A stretch of DNA of 64,000 bases, taken from contig CBDFLQ010000007.1 of assembly GCA_965249275.1 (NCBI GenBank), forward strand, positions 864,001 to 928,000, written 5' to 3'. Below are positions 59,272 to 64,000 of the stretch, piece by piece (positions within the stretch are counted from its first letter, which is position 1; every line of letters starts with the position of its first letter). The DNA comes from Dehalococcoidia bacterium. Lineage in GTDB: Bacteria > Chloroflexota > Dehalococcoidia > Plut-88900. The translations under genes and the position numbers were made by a program. The notes below the pieces were generated by a model. The model was given only the letters and a program-made list of their open reading frames with translations. It searched no databases and was not told where the DNA came from.

Positions 59272-61191
59272 ATGAGATCCAAGATAGCTAGTCTGCATCC
59301 ATTCTTGCTCCTGCTCGCCGTGGCACTGGTATCCGTCCTCTTCGTCGTAGCATGTGGCGATGGCGATCCCGAGCCCACTGCAGCACCCGTCGACACAGGG
59401 GCCGCGGAAGCTGCCGCAGAAGCCGCCGCTGCTGCCGAAGCCGCAGAGGCGGCCGTTTTAGAGGCAGAGGCCACACTGTCAGAGGCAGCAATGGCCGCGG
59501 AAGCCGCAGCTAAGGCTGCTGAGGAAGCTGTCGCCTTTGCCGCAGAGCTCGCTGCCGCTGCCCAGGCTGCCGCAGAGGCCGCCGGCACCGCTGATTCCGC
59601 GGCAGTTATGGCCGCCCAAGAGGCCGCCGCTCAGGCCGTGGCCGCTGCCGAAGCCGCTGCCGCCCAAGTTACCGAGCTAGCGATGGCCGCCGCAGAAGCT
59701 CAAGCCGAGGCCGCCGAGCTAGCCGCTGCCGCCGCAGAGGCCGCCGCACAGGCTGGGGCGCCGAAGTACGGTGGCACGCTGACATTTGCGCAACACCAAG
59801 CCACCGGGACGCTGGACCCGGCCACTAGTCTGGGCGGGGTTGAGTACATCGTTATGCTAGCAGTCTATGACAATCTGCTCATGATCCAGCCGGACTTAAC
59901 GGTGAAGCCAGAGCTGGCCACGTCATGGGAGGCCAACGACGACTTCTCGTCCTACACCTTCTACTTGCGCGAGGGCGTGAAGTTCCGCCACGGGAAGGAG
60001 TTCAAAGCGGAGGACGTAGTCTTCACCATCAACCGGCTGCTGGACCCGGAGCTGGACTCTCGAGCGCGGCCCATCTTCGAGGTTATCCAGGACATGGTCG
60101 TCCTCGACGACTACACCATCCGCTTCGACCTGGAAGGCCCCAACGGGTTCTTCCTGGATATCCTATCGGAACCACTAGCGCATATCCTCCCTGCCGACAT
60201 AGATGTCGAGCGTTTGGCCCAGGAGGAGTTCGGCACTGGGCCCTTCATGATTGAGGAGCGCCTGCCGGGCGAACGCACGACGCTGGTGCGTAATCCCGAC
60301 TACTGGGAGGAGGGCAAGCCCTACCTGGACGAGATTGTCATCCAGGCGATCCCCGAGGCCGCTGCCCGGGTGGAGGCGCTCAAGAACGGCGACGTGGACA
60401 TCGTATGGCAGGTGAATCCCCAGAGCGTCCCCAGTATCGCGGCCAATCCCGAGACCACGGTGTTGAACGCGGCCAGCTTCTCCCATCTTGCGCTGTGTAT
60501 ACCCACCAACGTGCCGCCCTTCGACGACAAGCTGGTCCGGAAGGCCATGCAAGCGGCGACGGACCGGGAAGGCATCAACCAAGCGGTGCTGCTCGGGCTG
60601 GGCATCCCCGCCCGCGACCACCCCATTCACCCCAGCCACGCCGTCTTCGCGTCGCAGTATGCACCCCCGGATTACGACCCCGAACTGGCGAGGTCGCTGC
60701 TGGAGCAGGCCGGGTACCCGGACGGGATCGACTTCACCCTGTACACATCCGACATCGGTCCAGGGTTGATCGAATTGGCGGTGGCATACAAAGAGAGTGC
60801 TGCGCCCGCGGGCATCCGGATCGACGTCGAGCGGGCGCCATCGGAGGTATACTGGTCACAGGTCTGGAATACTGGGAAGTTGGCCTCCGTCTATTGGTTC
60901 GGCTTCATGCCGGACCAAGCCCTGCTCAGGCAGATCCACAGCGAGGCCGCTTTTAACTGTCCGCGTTACTCCAACCCGGTGGTGGACGAGCTGATCGAAA
61001 AGGCCAGGGGGCAGGACCTTGAGGGCCAGAAGGAGAGCTACGGGGAGATCCAGCGCATTCTGATCGATGACGTTCCGCGTTTGATCGTGGTGTTCCAGCC
61101 GTGGATATACGGCGTGAATAAGGACCTGCGGGGTGTAGCCCCCCATCCGCGGGGATTTGCGATCATCCAGGACGCCTGGTTCGACCGATAA
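59272..61191 (+). CDS. family 5 ABC substrate-binding lipoprotein with Ala/Glu-rich N-terminal linker
   Basis: Lipobox VVAC; A/E low-complexity tract; PKYGGTL, LATSWE, LREGVKF, GTGPF, NPDYW, YDPELARSLLEQAG; GGAGG RBS. Confidence 0.93.
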   Translation: MRSKIASLHPFLLLLAVALVSVLFVVACGDGDPEPTAAPVDTGAAEAAAEAAAAAEAAEAAVLEAEATLSEAAMAAEAAAKAAEEAVAFAAELAAAAQAAAEAAGTADSAAVMAAQEAAAQAVAAAEAAAAQVTELAMAAAEAQAEAAELAAAAAEAAAQAGAPKYGGTLTFAQHQATGTLDPATSLGGVEYIVMLAVYDNLLMIQPDLTVKPELATSWEANDDFSSYTFYLREGVKFRHGKEFKAEDVVFTINRLLDPELDSRARPIFEVIQDMVVLDDYTIRFDLEGPNGFFLDILSEPLAHILPADIDVERLAQEEFGTGPFMIEERLPGERTTLVRNPDYWEEGKPYLDEIVIQAIPEAAARVEALKNGDVDIVWQVNPQSVPSIAANPETTVLNAASFSHLALCIPTNVPPFDDKLVRKAMQAATDREGINQAVLLGLGIPARDHPIHPSHAVFASQYAPPDYDPELARSLLEQAGYPDGIDFTLYTSDIGPGLIELAVAYKESAAPAGIRIDVERAPSEVYWSQVWNTGKLASVYWFGFMPDQALLRQIHSEAAFNCPRYSNPVVDELIEKARGQDLEGQKESYGEIQRILIDDVPRLIVVFQPWIYGVNKDLRGVAPHPRGFAIIQDAWFDR

Positions 61192-61406
61192 GGGGCTGGC
61201 CATCGCGCCCGCGTACTAGCTTTTGGTCTACCGCACCCGGTAGAGGCCACTGGCATAATGGTTGTTGTCAGCTTCTTGGGTACATATGCTTGGACCCGGG
61301 AACAGGTTCGAGTCCCTGTCGGACGGCTCCCAAAAAGGACAAGCGAGGTCCTTAAAGAAGGACGGGCATTCAAAGTTGACTACCGGAGCAAAAAGGAGGG
61401 TGATGC

Positions 61407-62522
61407 GTGGCTGATTACAGGGTCATATCCTCGGATAATCACATCATCGAGCCGGTCGACCTATGGACCAGTAGGGGCGAGTCAAAGTTCAAAGACCGAA
61501 TGCCTCACGTTGAACGTTTGGAAGAGGGCGATTATTGGATTTGCGAGGGCGTGAAAGAAATGAGCATCGCTGCGGGGACGCAGGTCGGACTCAGGTTTGA
61601 AGAGCCGGAAAAGCTGAGATTTGGGGGTGGCAGGACAGAAGATGTGCCCCCAGGGGGTTACATTCCCGAGGAGCACGTCAAAGACATGGATATCGACGGA
61701 ATTGACGTGAGTATCGTCTATCCGACAACCGCTCTTGGGCTCTACAGTGTACCGGACGGCGAGCTACTAAACTCCATATTCAGGACCTACAACGATTGGG
61801 TTGGCGAATTCTGCAGCGCGGTCCCCGAGCGGCTCGAGGGTATCGCAATGATAAATTTGGATGATGTGCGGACCGGTATAAAGGAGGTGGAACGCTGTGC
61901 CAAGCTGGGCCTTGCCGGTGCTGCGATTACCGCCTATCCTCCCCAGGCGCGGCCCTACGACAAGCCGGAGTACGAACCCCTGTGGGCTGCGGCCCAGGAC
62001 TTGGCAATGCCCCTTAGCCTGCACACTGGAACTAATCGTAAGGATGGTTTTGTAAATACCGATACCGTGACGGCCTCTTTTATGACTAACTTTGACTATT
62101 GGGTGCGTATGTCTCTTGGCGATATGATCTTTAGCGGCGTTTTTGAGCGCTATCCGAAACTCCAGGTGGGCTCGATAGAGTATGCGCTAGCCTGGGCTCC
62201 CCACTTCTTGAGCCGGATGGACATAATGTACTCCGAAACAGGCGTAGAGCTCACCCAGGGGTACCGGTTCAAAGGCGATGCGCTTCCCAGCGACTTCTTC
62301 CACGATAACGTGTTCCTTGGCTTCCAGGAAGATGCCTTGGGCATCAGGTTGCGCGACATCATTGGTGTGGACAACCTGCAGTGGGGCGCGGATTATCCTC
62401 ATCCAGAGTCTACCTTCCCCAGAAGCCGTCAAATTATCGAAGAGATTCTGGTGGACTGTACTGAGGAGGAAAGGGCCAAGATAGTGGGCGGCAATGCCGC
62501 CAGAGTGTACGGTCTCAATTAG
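61407..62522 (+). CDS. amidohydrolase_2 family protein
   Basis: ISSDNHIIEP, YNDW, GVFERYP, WGADYPHPESTFP; AAGGAGG RBS. Confidence 0.9.
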   Translation: MADYRVISSDNHIIEPVDLWTSRGESKFKDRMPHVERLEEGDYWICEGVKEMSIAAGTQVGLRFEEPEKLRFGGGRTEDVPPGGYIPEEHVKDMDIDGIDVSIVYPTTALGLYSVPDGELLNSIFRTYNDWVGEFCSAVPERLEGIAMINLDDVRTGIKEVERCAKLGLAGAAITAYPPQARPYDKPEYEPLWAAAQDLAMPLSLHTGTNRKDGFVNTDTVTASFMTNFDYWVRMSLGDMIFSGVFERYPKLQVGSIEYALAWAPHFLSRMDIMYSETGVELTQGYRFKGDALPSDFFHDNVFLGFQEDALGIRLRDIIGVDNLQWGADYPHPESTFPRSRQIIEEILVDCTEEERAKIVGGNAARVYGLN

Positions 62523-63134
62523 AGCCACTTAGACTTTGGCGCCTCGCTGGCCCTTGGCCATGTCTCGATCGAGGATAAATGGAAGTTCACCCACATAATA
62601 GCGAGCAAGGACCGTCTCAACCCAAGGCGTCCTGTAAAAAGACTAGGCGGGTTGTGACGTTTGGTAATTCAGGGCCGCTATCGTCGACTTCATCCCGGTA
62701 TCCGGGCAAAGGGCGAAAACCCCTCGGGCGGCGTCTATGGCACAGGCGAACATCCCGAGAACTTGCATTTGGACCTCCTTTGCTTTTGTTCGCACCGGCA
62801 TCCTCGATGCGAGACTCGACCTGACTACCGAATGGAAATTGACGCGGCTTCTCCCCGGACCGGATGCGGGCATGGGGGGAGATGAGGGGGACTAGGTGTT
62901 TCTCTGGGAAGGGAACGGCGACCAGGCAGTTGGGGGATTTGGGGAACATCACCGCTGCTGTAGAGACCTGGGCCCCAGTTGCTCCTGGTGGAACAGGACA
63001 TAAGTAACCACCCGGGGTCCTGGGGGGAACCTGTCCTATGAACACTCGGGCGGATGCCGCAGGACGTGACGAGCCAGCCGGGGCACGGGGCGTACCTCGA
63101 CGGTTACTGATGTGTCCCTGCGGGGAGATCTTCG

Positions 63135-63202
63135 GGAGAGCGAGGCTCGATCCTTCAGGTCGGGACCCCTGGGAGGCTGTTCGGAGAGCGAGGCTCGATC
63201 CT
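63135..63202. repeat. 20-bp direct repeat (2 copies)
   Basis: GGAGAGCGAGGCTCGATCCT at 63135-63154 and 63183-63202. Confidence 0.8.
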
Positions 63203-63400
63203 ATGCAGCCTGTTCTGGATTTGGGGGACGGTAATCCTCCAGGTTTCTAGGGCGTGAAACGCTGGAAAAAGCCGGACGACAATTTCAGTATTGCCCAACC
63301 GAGGGGCTGGATGGAAGGGCCCCGGAGGGTATTTTGGAGGTGCCAGAGTCGATCACTTGCTCCATGGTCATATGCCAGCATCACCCCTCCACCGGATTCC

Positions 63401-64000
63401 CTATCTCCACCAGAGGCCTAGGGTCAGTGACCGCCGTACCCACCGCAGCAGTCTCCGCTTACGCAACGCCTTCCGGGTGTCGTGCAGGGCCGTGTGACGC
63501 CATCCCGTCTGGCCCCGGCGCCCGAACCCCCGCAGCGGCTGGGTTTCGGGAGGGAGGGTCAGCCCGTGCTCCTCCAGCATGGCCAGCTCCAGCACGAGCA
63601 GCCTCTTCTGGGTCACCAGCCACGAAAGGCTCCTTCCCCGGTGAGGATGCCCTGTCCGCAGGCGGCGCCACTCCTCCACCAGGGGCCACGCCGGGCCGTA
63701 GACCTCGGCATCGTCATCGACGGGCTCCTCGGTTACGATCTCGGGGTCCACCCGCCGTTCGGAGAAAGACTTCACCCGACCCAATCCCGGCACCGAGGAA
63801 CCGGTCTCCACTCGATGGCCCTCCCCCTCCTCCACATCACCCACCCCGCACTCCTCCCCGCTCCCTCGGTCGTCGGCGCCCCCGCCCTCGCCAACTGGTT
63901 CTAGGGCCTCCACCCTGTCCCGCAGCTCCCCCACCTCTCCCTCCAGCCGCTCGATGCGGTCCTCCAACGTCTCCTTCCCTGGGGCCTCAGCGCCCTCATT
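63401..64000 (-). CDS. hypothetical protein (coiled-coil then Trp-rich domain), probably extends beyond window
   Basis: Frame stays open to window end; heptad EDRIERLEGEVGELRDRVEAL; C-terminal LTLGLWWR. Confidence 0.6.
   Translation of the reverse strand, partial: NEGAEAPGKETLEDRIERLEGEVGELRDRVEALEPVGEGGGADDRGSGEECGVGDVEEGEGHRVETGSSVPGLGRVKSFSERRVDPEIVTEEPVDDDAEVYGPAWPLVEEWRRLRTGHPHRGRSLSWLVTQKRLLVLELAMLEEHGLTLPPETQPLRGFGRRGQTGWRHTALHDTRKALRKRRLLRWVRRSLTLGLWWR

Noticed and set aside
63135-63202. CRISPR array
   Set aside because: Only two 20-bp units and no cas genes in the window

Overview
This is a 64 kb GC-rich chromosomal segment. It most likely comes from a Chloroflexota (Dehalococcoidia/SAR202-like) bacterium, inferred from the gene content: three luciferase-like monooxygenases, three amidohydrolase-2 paralogues, CaiB CoA-transferases, hydantoinase A/B and mandelate racemase. 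A housekeeping block (fur-argF-der-plsY; prmA-dnaJ-grpE-hrcA with a CIRCE operator but no dnaK) lies among catabolic genes. These include a sulfite/nitrite reductase, a thiol dioxygenase next to a multi-domain rhodanese, and a 2-oxoacid/acetoin dehydrogenase with two tandem E1-beta genes. The accessory zone at about 35-53 kb holds a hicB-hicB-hicA module, an intact IS5 with CTAG target duplication, a frameshifted IS5-family element just downstream of an orphaned cobalamin riboswitch, and several frameshifted or truncated genes. Two candidates stand out as novel. (1) A peptide/nickel-type ABC importer whose DppB permease carries a ~350-aa seven-repeat Asp-box (Ycf48-like) domain inserted in its first extracellular loop, divergently paired with a lipoprotein binding protein that has a long Ala/Glu tether. 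(2) A 400-nt, highly self-complementary element with no convincing ORF at 39033-39432, closed by a perfect 17-bp terminal stem, which may be a large structured ncRNA. All calls come from reading the sequence and ORFs; no database searches were run.
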